Positions 1 to 8,910 of a stretch of 64,000 nucleotides of DNA are shown piece by piece. A program made the translations under genes and the position numbers. The DNA lies in contig DYSO01000001.1 of NCBI GenBank assembly GCA_020718225.1, positions 10,968 to 74,967 of the forward strand, read 5' to 3'. This stretch comes from Draconibacterium orientale. GTDB lineage: Bacteria; Bacteroidota; Bacteroidia; Bacteroidales; FEN-979. Positions within the stretch are counted from its first letter, which is position 1. The number at the start of each line of letters is the position of its first letter. The notes under the pieces were generated by a model that was not told the DNA's origin, ran no database searches, and saw only the letters and a list, made by a program, of their open reading frames with translations.

Positions 1-51
1 TTTTCCATAAGGAAGATGAGCGGATGGGAAGATTATGGGGATTCCAATTAG

Positions 52-303
52 TTATCTTTCTGATAAGAATTTATCTACGTCTTTTTTTCGATACAAAGTT
101 TTTCCACGTTCCGATTTCCCGATACCGGAAGAAATTTTAGCTGGTTTTAACATACCTGTTTTTTCATAATTCTGTAATGTTGTTTTACTCTTTATATGTA
201 GAATCGACATTACTTGCTGAATTGTTAACAGTTCGTCATCTTCAGGAACGCTTTGATTGTTTATAAAACCATCTCTGATAAGTTCATCCCGCACATTTTT
301 CAT
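52..303 (-). CDS. excisionase-family (HTH_17/MerR-type) DNA-binding protein
   Basis: 83-aa ORF. The segment LLTIQQVMSILHIKSKTTLQNYEKTGMLKP...TLYRKKDVDKFL has the helix-turn-helix plus C-terminal basic/aromatic layout of excisionase/AlpA-like proteins. It lies close to a tRNA gene. Confidence 0.6.
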   Translation of the reverse strand: MKNVRDELIRDGFINNQSVPEDDELLTIQQVMSILHIKSKTTLQNYEKTGMLKPAKISSGIGKSERGKTLYRKKDVDKFLSER

Positions 304-505
304 GAAACTGATATTTCACTTCCATCAGCATAATAACCCGTTCATATTCCTTTATAATATCTTTGGTAGACATATCCTTACTAATCATGTCAGAAACCCA
401 TTCACGAATTATCCGACCAGAAAGATTGTTTAAAAACATTTTGAAAATCAGAATTGTTTTAAAGAAATCTTTACCCATATTGTTAATATTAAGGTGTTTG
501 AGCAA
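284..505 (-). CDS. hypothetical protein (73 aa)
   Basis: ORF only, overlapping the downstream HTH gene by 20 nt. No motif recognised. Confidence 0.3.
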   Translation of the reverse strand: MLKHLNINNMGKDFFKTILIFKMFLNNLSGRIIREWVSDMISKDMSTKDIIKEYERVIMLMEVKYQFHEKCAG

Positions 506-602
506 CTGGTTACTTACTCCAATCGAAAAAGAGGGATGAAATTACAATATTAAAATGAATTATGGGAAATTTAACAAACACACACAGTAACGACACAGTA
601 TA

Positions 603-641
603 AAGAAAAAACCTTTATAATACAAAGATTATAAAGGTTTT
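603..641 (-). terminator. rho-independent terminator downstream of tRNA-Arg
   Basis: Perfect inverted repeat aaaacctttataat / attataaaggtttt with loop acaaag. On the minus strand it is followed by a T-run (tttttcttt). Confidence 0.55.
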
Positions 642-655
642 AACATTTAAATCTG

Positions 656-729
656 TGACCCCGAAGGGACTCGAACCCCCAACCAACAGAACCGGAATCT
701 GCCATTCTATCCAATTGAACTACGGGGCC
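656..729 (-). tRNA. tRNA-Arg (anticodon CCG)
   Basis: The reverse complement GGCCCCGTAGTTCAATTGGATAGAATGGCAGATTCCGGTTCTGTTGGTTGGGGGTTCGAGTCCCTTCGGGGTCA folds by hand into a cloverleaf. Acceptor is GGCCCCG/CGGGGTC, the anticodon loop TTCCGGT gives CCG, and the T-loop is TTCGAGT. CCA is not encoded. Confidence 0.9.
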
Positions 730-758
730 AAAAAGAGTGCAAAGATAAGTTTTTTTTG

Positions 759-766
759 TACTTTTG
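759..766 (+). promoter_or_regulatory. Bacteroidota -7 box (TAnnTTTG) upstream of fba
   Basis: tacttttg lies 31 nt upstream of ATG 797 and matches the Bacteroides sigma-AB -7 consensus. Confidence 0.45.
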
Positions 767-796
767 GGACTTAAAAGTATTAAAAACTTTAATCCT

Positions 797-1876
797 ATGT
801 CAGAAAAAATCTCAGATAAAGTTGGCGCTGGTGTTGCCACAGGTAATGCGGTGCAGGAAATTTTTAAAATGGCCAAGGCCAATAATTTTGCCATACCGGC
901 CGTCAATGTAGTGGGATCCAACTCGGTGAATGCCGTTATGGAGGCTGCCCGGACGGTGAATTCCCCGGTCATCATTCAATTTTCGAATGGCGGTGGCGTT
1001 TTTTATGCCGGAAAATCGTTAAAAAACGAGCATGAACGTATTGCCATCAAGGGATCGATTGCGGGAGCAAAACACATCCATGAAATTGCAGACCTTTATG
1101 GTATTCCGGTCATTATCCATACCGACCATGCCGCTAAAAAGTTACTTCCGTGGATTGACGGGCTGCTTGATGCAGGAGAGAAGTTCTTTCAGGAAAATGG
1201 CAAACCTTTGTTCAGTTCACACATGCTTGACCTTTCGGAAGAACCGCTTCATGAAAACATAGAGATCTGTAAACGTTACCTGGAACGGATGAATAAAATG
1301 GGAATGACCTTAGAGATTGAGCTGGGGGTCACCGGTGGGGAAGAAGACGGGGTGGATAACTCCGGAATTGACAGTTCACGTCTTTACACCCAGCCCGAAC
1401 ATGTGGCCCAGGCTTATGAGACCCTGCTGAGCGTAAGCCCCAATTTTACCATTGCCGCTTCATTCGGAAATGTACACGGTGTTTACAAACCCGGTAATGT
1501 AAAACTGGAACCCATCATCCTGCACAATTCACAAGTATATATCCAGAAGAAATTTAACACGGCGACAAATCCGGTGAATTTTGTCTTTCACGGAGGCTCC
1601 GGATCAGAACCTGAAAAAATCAAAGAGGCCATCTCGTACGGTGTTGTCAAGATGAATATTGACACCGATACCCAATGGGCTTTCTGGGAAGGTATACTGC
1701 ATTATTATCAGAAGAATAGCGGATATCTCCAGGGACAGATCGGCAATCCCGAAGGAGAAGATAAACCCAATAAAAAATATTACGACCCCCGCGCCTGGCT
1801 GCGTGAAAGTGAGAAATCGATGGTCGAAAGGTTAAAAACCGCATTTACCGATCTGAACTGTATCAACCGGTATTAA
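797..1876 (+). CDS. fba: fructose-bisphosphate aldolase, class II
   Basis: MSEKISDKVGAGVATGNAVQEIFKMAKANNFAIPAVNVVG parallels the E. coli FbaA N-terminus. Motifs PVIIQFSNGG, IHTDHAAK and FGNVHGVYKPGNV are present. Start moved from ORF start 764 to ATG 797. Confidence 0.95.
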   Translation: MSEKISDKVGAGVATGNAVQEIFKMAKANNFAIPAVNVVGSNSVNAVMEAARTVNSPVIIQFSNGGGVFYAGKSLKNEHERIAIKGSIAGAKHIHEIADLYGIPVIIHTDHAAKKLLPWIDGLLDAGEKFFQENGKPLFSSHMLDLSEEPLHENIEICKRYLERMNKMGMTLEIELGVTGGEEDGVDNSGIDSSRLYTQPEHVAQAYETLLSVSPNFTIAASFGNVHGVYKPGNVKLEPIILHNSQVYIQKKFNTATNPVNFVFHGGSGSEPEKIKEAISYGVVKMNIDTDTQWAFWEGILHYYQKNSGYLQGQIGNPEGEDKPNKKYYDPRAWLRESEKSMVERLKTAFTDLNCINRY

Positions 1877-2727
1877 AAACCGAGCCCTCCCGACTGGGTT
1901 TCGCGTGAATGGATACTGAGTACCGGAAACGGGGAATGGTTGACCGTTTGATGTGCGTATGGGCCCAGAAAAATATTGGCAGTGGTGGTCTCCTGTTCTG
2001 TCATGATAGCGATCATATTTGCATCAATGGCCTTGGCATAATCGATGGTGGCTTTGGAAATATTCTCGACTACTTCAATTTTATCGACGCGCCATTTGAC
2101 TTTTTCCTCCTCAAAATACCGAATTACCTGGGAAGCATACAGATCTACTTTGCGCCGGAGGGTTTTCATCTTCGATGTATATAGCTTCAGGACATGAATT
2201 TCTGCCTGGTGCCTTTTGGCAATGTAAGCGACAAAAGAGGCTTTCTGTCGGGTTTCTTCTGCGCTGTCGACAGGAAAGACGATACGGGTCAGAGGCTTGG
2301 TAATATTAACCCCGCTTCGTATTGTAAGAACCGGACATTGGCTGGCTGCAACAATTTTATTGGCATTGCTTCCCATCCAGAATTCTTCATATCCCGATGC
2401 GCCGTGAGTTCCGACAACGATCAACATTGCGTTACTGGAACGTGCTTCGCCTGTAACCTCTTTATAAATTTTCCCCCGGCGGATCGAGAAGGTAATTTTC
2501 CGATCGGGCAATTCAGGTTGATATTTTGCAATCATCTCTTCCAGTGCTTTTTGGGATTCAATGGAAGGGTCTTTCGGCTTATCGATAAATTTTTCCTTTT
2601 CCGCAGTGGTCTTTTCAACACAAACTAAAATCATATCTGTGCCACAATGCTGTGCGATGGAAAGGGCATGTAAAAATGCATTGATGGAACAATCTGAGAA
2701 ATCGATGGCGACTGCTATTTTGTTCAT
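1873..2727 (-). CDS. universal stress protein (tandem UspA domains)
   Basis: MNKIAVAIDFSDCS...LIVVGTHGASG...VLTI, then a second half RIVFPVDSAEE...MIAIMTEQE...PVLSIH. Start taken at internal ATG 2727. Confidence 0.85.
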   Translation of the reverse strand: MNKIAVAIDFSDCSINAFLHALSIAQHCGTDMILVCVEKTTAEKEKFIDKPKDPSIESQKALEEMIAKYQPELPDRKITFSIRRGKIYKEVTGEARSSNAMLIVVGTHGASGYEEFWMGSNANKIVAASQCPVLTIRSGVNITKPLTRIVFPVDSAEETRQKASFVAYIAKRHQAEIHVLKLYTSKMKTLRRKVDLYASQVIRYFEEEKVKWRVDKIEVVENISKATIDYAKAIDANMIAIMTEQETTTANIFLGPYAHQTVNHSPFPVLSIHSRETQSGGLGF

Positions 2728-2743
2728 ATGCTTCTGTTTTAAA

Positions 2744-3172
2744 TTATTCCGTTTGGGGCAAATGGATGGGTTCTTCAACGATAAAAGCATTGGGATAGTC
2801 CACGGTCAGTTCAATAAGAAACCGTTGAGCGTCGAGCCGGGTTCGAAAATCACCGATACGGACCTTATAATTTGGCGATTTAAAAGAAAGATAAGCCCCG
2901 GTTGCCGGATATTTTAAAACAAATGCATCATACACAGCCTGGGCTTTGTTTTTAGAATTATTTCCAGAGTCAGAAAACAACTGGACCCGGAAGCCGTCGA
3001 TGGTTTGAAAATGTTGATTGATCCTGATATGTTTCATTACCAATGCATCAACCCTCGAATCCTGGATTACCGTTCCTTTCAGCTCCAGTGTATCGGGGGA
3101 TTGTGCCATGGATACGGAAAACGGAAAAAGAATGGCAATGATGATGATAAATCGAAAAAAAGTCCCGTTCAT
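2744..3172 (-). CDS. SPOR domain-containing secreted protein
   Basis: Signal-like N-terminus MNGTFFRFIIIIAILFPFSVSMAQ. The C-terminal GFRVQLFSDSGNNSKNKAQAVYDAFVLKYP...YKVRIGDFRTRLDAQRFL fits the SPOR repeat pattern. Confidence 0.75.
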   Translation of the reverse strand: MNGTFFRFIIIIAILFPFSVSMAQSPDTLELKGTVIQDSRVDALVMKHIRINQHFQTIDGFRVQLFSDSGNNSKNKAQAVYDAFVLKYPATGAYLSFKSPNYKVRIGDFRTRLDAQRFLIELTVDYPNAFIVEEPIHLPQTE

Positions 3173-3176
3173 ATTG

Positions 3177-4016
3177 CTATAAATCAAATTTATCCTGTGG
3201 ATGAATACTTAAAACAGGGATTACCGACTGATTGATCATTTGTTGGGCCTGGGGGCCAAGGAGGATGTTTACCGGGGTTTCCTGTTCGGTCATAATGGCT
3301 ATCAAATCGGCCCCGACGCTTGTTGCATATTTCAATACCGCTTTGGTCAGGTCGTTGGCAACAATACTATCGGTTATTAACCTGACCGAATGCTGATGCA
3401 GATAACTGACCGCTGTTTGGGAATATTTTTCAGCAATCCTTTGAATCGATTTCAGGTGACTGTTATGGGTGGTCACAAGGTGTACTTCCGACTTAAAAAG
3501 GGAAGCCAGTTTTATAACAAAGGGTAATTTCTGGATGGTTTCGGCTGAGCCATCAACGGGGACTACTATAATATCAATGGTTTTTTTTATTATCAAATCG
3601 TGTCGGATGGTGATTACAGGGCAGGAAGCATACGTCACTATTTTAAAGGCATTGCTCCCGATCCAGAACTCTTCATAGCCTGAAATGCCATGTGCCCCGG
3701 TGATAATTAATTCGGCATGGGTAAGCCTTGCCAGGTTATCAACTTCATGGTATATTTTCCCTTTTTTCAGTTTGTATTCCAGGGTGATCCCTTTTGCCAG
3801 TTTTTTACTGTAAATTTTTATCAATTCCTCAAAGCGTTTTTTCGCTTCATTGCGGTTTTGGTTTGAGGTATCCGGATAGAGCGATTCCTGGGGGCTGATT
3901 TTATCGACCCATACAAGCTGAATGGGTGATCTTAATTTATTTGCCAGAGGAATGGCATATTCTATGGCGTGAATGGAGGTGCTCGAAAAATCAACAGCGA
4001 CAATGACCGGGTTCAT
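3177..4016 (-). CDS. universal stress protein (tandem UspA domains)
   Basis: MNPVIVAVDFSSTS...LIITGAHGISG...PVITI, then a second half IVVPVDGSAET...LIAIMTEQE...PVLSIH. Paralogous to 1873..2727. Confidence 0.85.
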   Translation of the reverse strand: MNPVIVAVDFSSTSIHAIEYAIPLANKLRSPIQLVWVDKISPQESLYPDTSNQNRNEAKKRFEELIKIYSKKLAKGITLEYKLKKGKIYHEVDNLARLTHAELIITGAHGISGYEEFWIGSNAFKIVTYASCPVITIRHDLIIKKTIDIIVVPVDGSAETIQKLPFVIKLASLFKSEVHLVTTHNSHLKSIQRIAEKYSQTAVSYLHQHSVRLITDSIVANDLTKAVLKYATSVGADLIAIMTEQETPVNILLGPQAQQMINQSVIPVLSIHPQDKFDL

Positions 4017-4087
4017 GGTTCTTTTTTTTTATTGAATACGTAAAGGTAATGATTTTATTTAACAAGGGAAATTCACTGAAATTAATT

Positions 4088-4095
4088 TACTTTTG
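4088..4095 (+). promoter_or_regulatory. TAnnTTTG -7 box immediately upstream of ruvB
   Basis: tacttttg ends only 5 nt before ATG 4101. Confidence 0.4.
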
Positions 4096-4100
4096 TTGTC

Positions 4101-5123
4101 ATGAACCAAAACCTGGATGCTTCCGCCCAAAATCTTACTACGGGCGATAAAGAGGTTGAGAAAGCATTACGTCCCTCAGGGTTTATTGAATTCTCGGGGC
4201 AGGAGGCAATTGTTGAAAATTTAAAAATATTTGTCCGGGCTGCCCGTCAGCGGGGTGAATCGCTCGACCATGTTTTGCTTCATGGTCCCCCGGGTTTGGG
4301 AAAGACCACCCTTGCCCATATAATCGCCAATGAATTGAGGGTCAACATCAGGGTAACTTCCGGTCCGGTTCTGGATAAACCGGGCGACTTAGCCGGATTG
4401 CTCACGGGGCTGGAACCGAACGATGTATTGTTTATTGACGAGATACACCGGTTATCACCGGTAGTTGAAGAGTATCTCTATTCAGCGATGGAGGATTACA
4501 AAATCGACATCATGATCGAAACGGGCCCGAATGCACGCAGCATCCAGATCAAACTGAATCCATTCACCCTGGTTGGCGCCACAACCCGGTCGGGGTTGCT
4601 CACCGCTCCGCTTCGTTCACGTTTCGGGATTAATGCCCGCCTGAACTATTATCAAAGCGATACCCTCGAACGGATTATCATCCGCTCTGCCCAAATCCTT
4701 CAGGTGGTCACTGATCCGCCGGCATCTGCCGAAATTGCACGCAGAAGCAGGGGCACACCCCGGATTGCCAACATGCTCCTTCGTCGTGTCCGCGATTTCG
4801 CCCAGATTAAAGGATCCGGCGAAATCGACCTGGCCATCAGCCAGTATGCCCTTTCGGCATTGAATGTGGATAAAAACGGCCTGGATGAAATGGATAATAA
4901 AATCCTCCTTACCATTATCGATAAATTCAAAGGAGGACCTGTTGGCCTTACCACCATCGCAACTGCTGTTTCAGAAGATGCAGGGACCATTGAAGAGGTG
5001 TACGAACCATTTCTCATCCAGGAGGGCTATCTGATGCGGACGCCAAGAGGACGCGAAGCCACCGACATGGCCTACCGCCATTTAGGGAAAATCAGGACCG
5101 GTACCCAGGATACGCTTTTTTAA
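4101..5123 (+). CDS. ruvB: Holliday junction branch migration helicase RuvB
   Basis: LRP..F.EF.GQ, Walker [15 protein letters not shown], Walker [10 protein letters not shown], and [16 protein letters not shown]. Confidence 0.97.
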   Translation: MNQNLDASAQNLTTGDKEVEKALRPSGFIEFSGQEAIVENLKIFVRAARQRGESLDHVLLHGPPGLGKTTLAHIIANELRVNIRVTSGPVLDKPGDLAGLLTGLEPNDVLFIDEIHRLSPVVEEYLYSAMEDYKIDIMIETGPNARSIQIKLNPFTLVGATTRSGLLTAPLRSRFGINARLNYYQSDTLERIIIRSAQILQVVTDPPASAEIARRSRGTPRIANMLLRRVRDFAQIKGSGEIDLAISQYALSALNVDKNGLDEMDNKILLTIIDKFKGGPVGLTTIATAVSEDAGTIEEVYEPFLIQEGYLMRTPRGREATDMAYRHLGKIRTGTQDTLF

Positions 5124-5172
5124 ATAGCGAATAGTGAATAGTGAATAGTGAATAGTGAATAGTGAATATTGA
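5124..5172. repeat. 7-bp tandem array, 7 copies (ATAGCGA, ATAGTGA x5, ATATTGA)
   Basis: Counted base by base. It starts the nucleotide after the ruvB TAA and ends the nucleotide before the queG ATG. Confidence 0.97.
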
Positions 5173-6117
5173 ATGTCGAAGCTCATCGGAGAACGAGCAT
5201 TGACCGGCCATAAAGCGTTAATCCGTGAAGAAGCCCTGCGCCAGGGTTTTTTGCACTGTGGGTTTGCCCGCGCAGAACCGCCGGAAGAAATCCGTGGGTT
5301 CTATTCCAGCTACCTCGAAAAAAACAGGCAACTTTCCTTATCCTATCTGCAAAGCAACTTTGAAAAAAGGATGGACCCCTCCCTTGTTTTACCGGGGGTT
5401 AAATCCATTATTTCCCTCACCCTGGGTTATTCCGCACAGCCGCCCGTTCCTGAAAAAGATTCTTTTGTCATCGCCAAATATGCCCGTGGCGCCGATTATC
5501 ATGAAATCATGAAAAAAAAGATGGACCGGTTTATTTCATGGCTTAAAGCAGAGTTTGGGAGGGCCCGGATAAAACGGTTTGTCGATTCGGGGGCCATTCC
5601 TGAAAAATTCTGGGCCATGCGTTCCGGGGCCGGATGGCAGGGAAAAAATACCCTGATTATCCATAAGGAGGCGGGTTCCTTTTTTTTTATCGGCATCCTG
5701 CTGACCGACCTGGAACTGGAAGCCGATTCCCCGGCCACCGATCATTGCGGCCACTGTACAGAATGTATCAAAGCCTGTCCTACGGGGGCCCTCAACACGC
5801 CTTACCAGCTTGACATGTCGCGCTGTATTTCATACCACACCATCGAAAATAAAAACGCCATTCCGGAAGATATCATTCGCCATCTCGGCAACCGGATCTA
5901 TGGTTGCGACCTGTGCCAGGACGTTTGTCCCTATAACCGGGCCCCAAAACCAACAATCATTCCCGAATTCCTTCCCTCGCCGGATTTGATGAACATGGGA
6001 AAAACCGAATGGCTCAACCTGTCGGAAAAACAATTTGACCGGCTTTTCGGCCATTCTCCGGTCAAACGGATTGGATACGACCGGTTGATGAGAAATATAA
6101 ATGCCGCTTCGGGGTAA
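5173..6117 (+). CDS. queG: tRNA epoxyqueuosine(34) reductase QueG
   Basis: Two ferredoxin-type clusters, CGHCTECIKACPTGAL and GCDLCQDVCPYN. CISYHTIE is also present and length is ~314 aa. Confidence 0.92.
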   Translation: MSKLIGERALTGHKALIREEALRQGFLHCGFARAEPPEEIRGFYSSYLEKNRQLSLSYLQSNFEKRMDPSLVLPGVKSIISLTLGYSAQPPVPEKDSFVIAKYARGADYHEIMKKKMDRFISWLKAEFGRARIKRFVDSGAIPEKFWAMRSGAGWQGKNTLIIHKEAGSFFFIGILLTDLELEADSPATDHCGHCTECIKACPTGALNTPYQLDMSRCISYHTIENKNAIPEDIIRHLGNRIYGCDLCQDVCPYNRAPKPTIIPEFLPSPDLMNMGKTEWLNLSEKQFDRLFGHSPVKRIGYDRLMRNINAASG

Positions 6118-6146
6118 GGATGATGACTAAACGGTATCCGGCTTTT

Positions 6147-6734
6147 TTACAATGGTCCCTCAGCGGAACCCCAGGCATAGCTCCCCAGCTCAAACCCGGC
6201 AAGAGATAAAACCCTGTCGACAACCGTCATGGCCAGCGCTTCAATGGCAACAGGTTTGCTGTAAAACGAAGGGGATGCCGGGCAGATGATGGCGCCGGCT
6301 TCCGTCAGCAGTTTCATGTTGTTCAGGTGTACCAGGCTGAAAGGAGTTTCGCGGGGGACCAGGATCAGCTTCTTCCGTTCTTTCAGCATCACATCGGCAG
6401 CCCTGGTGAGCAGGTCGGACGAAACCCCGGATGCAATCCGGCCGAGGGTCCCCATGGTACAGGGACAAACAATCATGGTATTGTAACCGGCTGAACCGGA
6501 GGCCATCGGGGCAAAAAAATCGGCAGGGTTGTAAACGGTCATCCAATCGGGATAGGCAATAGAATCCGGATCTTCGTTGAGTTCGTACTTCCAGACTGCT
6601 TTTGCGTTTTCAGATAAAATAATCCCACATGCATCAACCTGATCGTGCACCAGACGCAATTTTTCCAGCAATAACCGCGCATAGAGCGCCCCACTGGCCC
6701 CTGTAACCCCGATAATCATCTTTTGTCCTTTCAT
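6147..6734 (-). CDS. ubiX: flavin prenyltransferase UbiX
   Basis: IIGVTGASGALYA, CPCTMGTLGRIA and LILVPRETP. Length ~190 aa. Start could instead be ATG 6719. Confidence 0.9.
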   Translation of the reverse strand: MKGQKMIIGVTGASGALYARLLLEKLRLVHDQVDACGIILSENAKAVWKYELNEDPDSIAYPDWMTVYNPADFFAPMASGSAGYNTMIVCPCTMGTLGRIASGVSSDLLTRAADVMLKERKKLILVPRETPFSLVHLNNMKLLTEAGAIICPASPSFYSKPVAIEALAMTVVDRVLSLAGFELGSYAWGSAEGPL

Positions 6735-6752
6735 AAACCGGCAGGTTTGTAT

Positions 6753-7379
6753 TTAAAAATCCTGAGGTTTGAAATCCCAGAAAAGCGATAGCGACATGAC
6801 ATTGTTGAACTGGCCCCATTCAAATAAAATTTTACGATAGCCGGGCGGATAGGGAGCGGTTGCATTCCGGATGGAGAGCAGGGAATAGTTGAAGCGGAAA
6901 TTGGCTTTCAGATGGCGGGTGATATATCCCGATATCCCGATTATCCCGCTTAGCGTTAAACCCCTCAGGGGAACTGTGTTGGTTACTTCCAATCCATCCG
7001 ACTCTTCATAGGATCCAAGAAGGATATCTGCCGCCGGGCCGATTTCTGCCGAAAACCTGCGGGCAAAAGTGTATTGATATAAAACCGGTATCTCTAAATA
7101 ATTCAGCCGGAGAAGATAGGTTTGATCTGCCGGGTTTGCCGAATCGGCATTTTTCCGGCTTCCCTTTTGGATATATTCCATTTCCATTTGAAAGGATGAA
7201 TGGGGTGAAATTTTCAGGTTAACATAGCCCCCGGCTAAAAAACCATATTTGTGGTACCCATTCCAATTGTCGCCATCTACCTGGCTCACCAGTCCTCCGG
7301 CAACAATTCCCGCATTAAACTTTTGGGCCAATCCTGCAAAGGGAATGCAAATCAATATCAAAATTGCAATTTTTCTCAT
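6753..7379 (-). CDS. outer-membrane beta-barrel (porin-family/PorT-like) protein
   Basis: Signal peptide MRKIAILILICIPFAGLAQ, alternating hydrophobic beta-strand pattern, and C-terminal aromatic residue (..WDFKPQDF). Start moved to ATG 7379. Confidence 0.6.
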   Translation of the reverse strand: MRKIAILILICIPFAGLAQKFNAGIVAGGLVSQVDGDNWNGYHKYGFLAGGYVNLKISPHSSFQMEMEYIQKGSRKNADSANPADQTYLLRLNYLEIPVLYQYTFARRFSAEIGPAADILLGSYEESDGLEVTNTVPLRGLTLSGIIGISGYITRHLKANFRFNYSLLSIRNATAPYPPGYRKILFEWGQFNNVMSLSLFWDFKPQDF

Positions 7380-7447
7380 CCGGAATTTTTCAATAAAAGT
7401 ATGAAAATCTTCACCACGGTTTGTTTTTTCACGAAGGATTCGTGAAG

Positions 7448-8338
7448 TCATTGCTTTATCACTTTTTTAATGAGCATTTGATCCCCATAAACAAACCTGA
7501 AAAAATAGACCCCACAGCTTCTGTCGCTTAAATCGATCAAGGTCCTGCTACCGGTTACATTGCTCTTCTTTTTGATTTCAATGCCGTAATGATTGTATAT
7601 CGTAAGGTCGTATTCTGGCCACCGGGTTTCAATCTGTATGAATTTGGTGGTCGGATTCGGAAATATTTTTACAATTTCCGGAGATTCTTCAACGATGGCA
7701 ACCGGACTTGTCCGGCACGCAAACTCCTGCACGGTTACAGTTAAAAATTGTACGTTGGTCACCTTGATCCATCCGTAAAAAGTATTATTACCTGGCGTTA
7801 ACAATCGGATGGCAAGGTAATGTCTGGAAGTGTCACCAATAAATCCGTTGTCGGAACAATTATGATGGTAGATCATCCAATTTGTATAGGTAAGATATTG
7901 GGTTTTATTCAACCAGTTTAAATTTTGGTTGATGGTGTCATTTTTCTTAAAAAATTTCACCATTTTCGTAGTGTATATCAACGTAATCCCGTCGTCAGCA
8001 TAGCAACTATCGATATGGCCCAGGGCAACCTGGCAAAGGGTGGTATCCATTATTTTCAAACATGATTCAGACCCACCGGCTCCATTGATCCACTCTCCTC
8101 TTGAATAGAAATAAACATCATCGAAACCGTCACCATTGATGTCAACCCGATAAATGGCAGGAGGCAGCGAATCAGGAGGATGGTTGTACGGCCCTGTTAT
8201 CGTTGTATCAGGATTTATATCAAAAAAATAACATCCTGAATCATGCTGGCCGGCAATAATATACTGAGAATGTGATTTTAAAGCGCTGAAAATTACAAGA
8301 AATATCATACAGTGCAAGATGATGAAAATTTTTCTCAT
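7448..8338 (-). CDS. secreted protein with T9SS C-terminal sorting domain
   Basis: N-terminal signal peptide. The C-terminal ~80 aa (KIFPNPTTKFIQIE...GVYFFRFVYGDQMLIKKVIKQ) resembles the Por/T9SS CTD. Also has an FG-GAP-like DINGDGFDDV. Confidence 0.7.
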   Translation of the reverse strand: MRKIFIILHCMIFLVIFSALKSHSQYIIAGQHDSGCYFFDINPDTTITGPYNHPPDSLPPAIYRVDINGDGFDDVYFYSRGEWINGAGGSESCLKIMDTTLCQVALGHIDSCYADDGITLIYTTKMVKFFKKNDTINQNLNWLNKTQYLTYTNWMIYHHNCSDNGFIGDTSRHYLAIRLLTPGNNTFYGWIKVTNVQFLTVTVQEFACRTSPVAIVEESPEIVKIFPNPTTKFIQIETRWPEYDLTIYNHYGIEIKKKSNVTGSRTLIDLSDRSCGVYFFRFVYGDQMLIKKVIKQ

Positions 8339-8514
8339 GACACTTTAGGTTCGTTTATTTGTTACTAATCAGCAGATGAAGATGGCGTGAAATTGAAGGA
8401 TCTCCTATGCGCTTGCGGTGCCTTTCCCGACCAAAATCTGCCCCATCCTATAGTCAGGCATAGGTTTGTCTATCTCATCCTCTTCAGATTTCTATTACGC
8501 ATCAGTTGTAAACA

Positions 8515-8766
8515 TCACTTATGGTTCTTAACAAGTTTAACACTATAAAATATTAAACCTGAAGTAAAAAGCATTATCAAAATCAATAAATGAAAAGAAA
8601 AATAAGTTCTAATCTCCGAAATTAAATAACCAATTCCTAAAGATGATATTGAAACAACGATAACCTGAGCAAGAATGGATTTATAAATCTTATTTTTTTT
8701 AACAAAATAGAGATAAAAAATCAAATATACTGCAAAAGTTATCGCAAGAATTAGAATTGTATCCAT
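8515..8766 (-). CDS. small hydrophobic protein (about 3 TM), unknown function
   Basis: 83-aa ORF, strongly hydrophobic, in a stretch that looks AT-rich by eye. No homology recognised. Confidence 0.35.
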   Translation of the reverse strand: MDTILILAITFAVYLIFYLYFVKKNKIYKSILAQVIVVSISSLGIGYLISEIRTYFSFHLLILIMLFTSGLIFYSVKLVKNHK

Positions 8767-8882
8767 CCTTTAAAATTTAAATTGTTCATTGGGCACATGC
8801 CAACCATGGGGACAAATTCCATTCGATCCCACTTTTATCGCACAAAGGTAAAAGACTTCTCAGGAATACAGGGAATGTTTTC

Positions 8883-8890
8883 TACCTTTG
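8883..8890 (+). promoter_or_regulatory. TAnnTTTG -7 box upstream of the response regulator
   Basis: tacctttg lies 20 nt upstream of ATG 8911. Confidence 0.4.
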
Positions 8891-8910
8891 CACCTTAATT
8901 ATCTGATTAA

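Noticed and set aside
640-975. 111-aa minus-strand ORF
   Set aside because: It overlaps tRNA-Arg, the fba promoter and the fba 5' end on the opposite strand. It is a shadow ORF.
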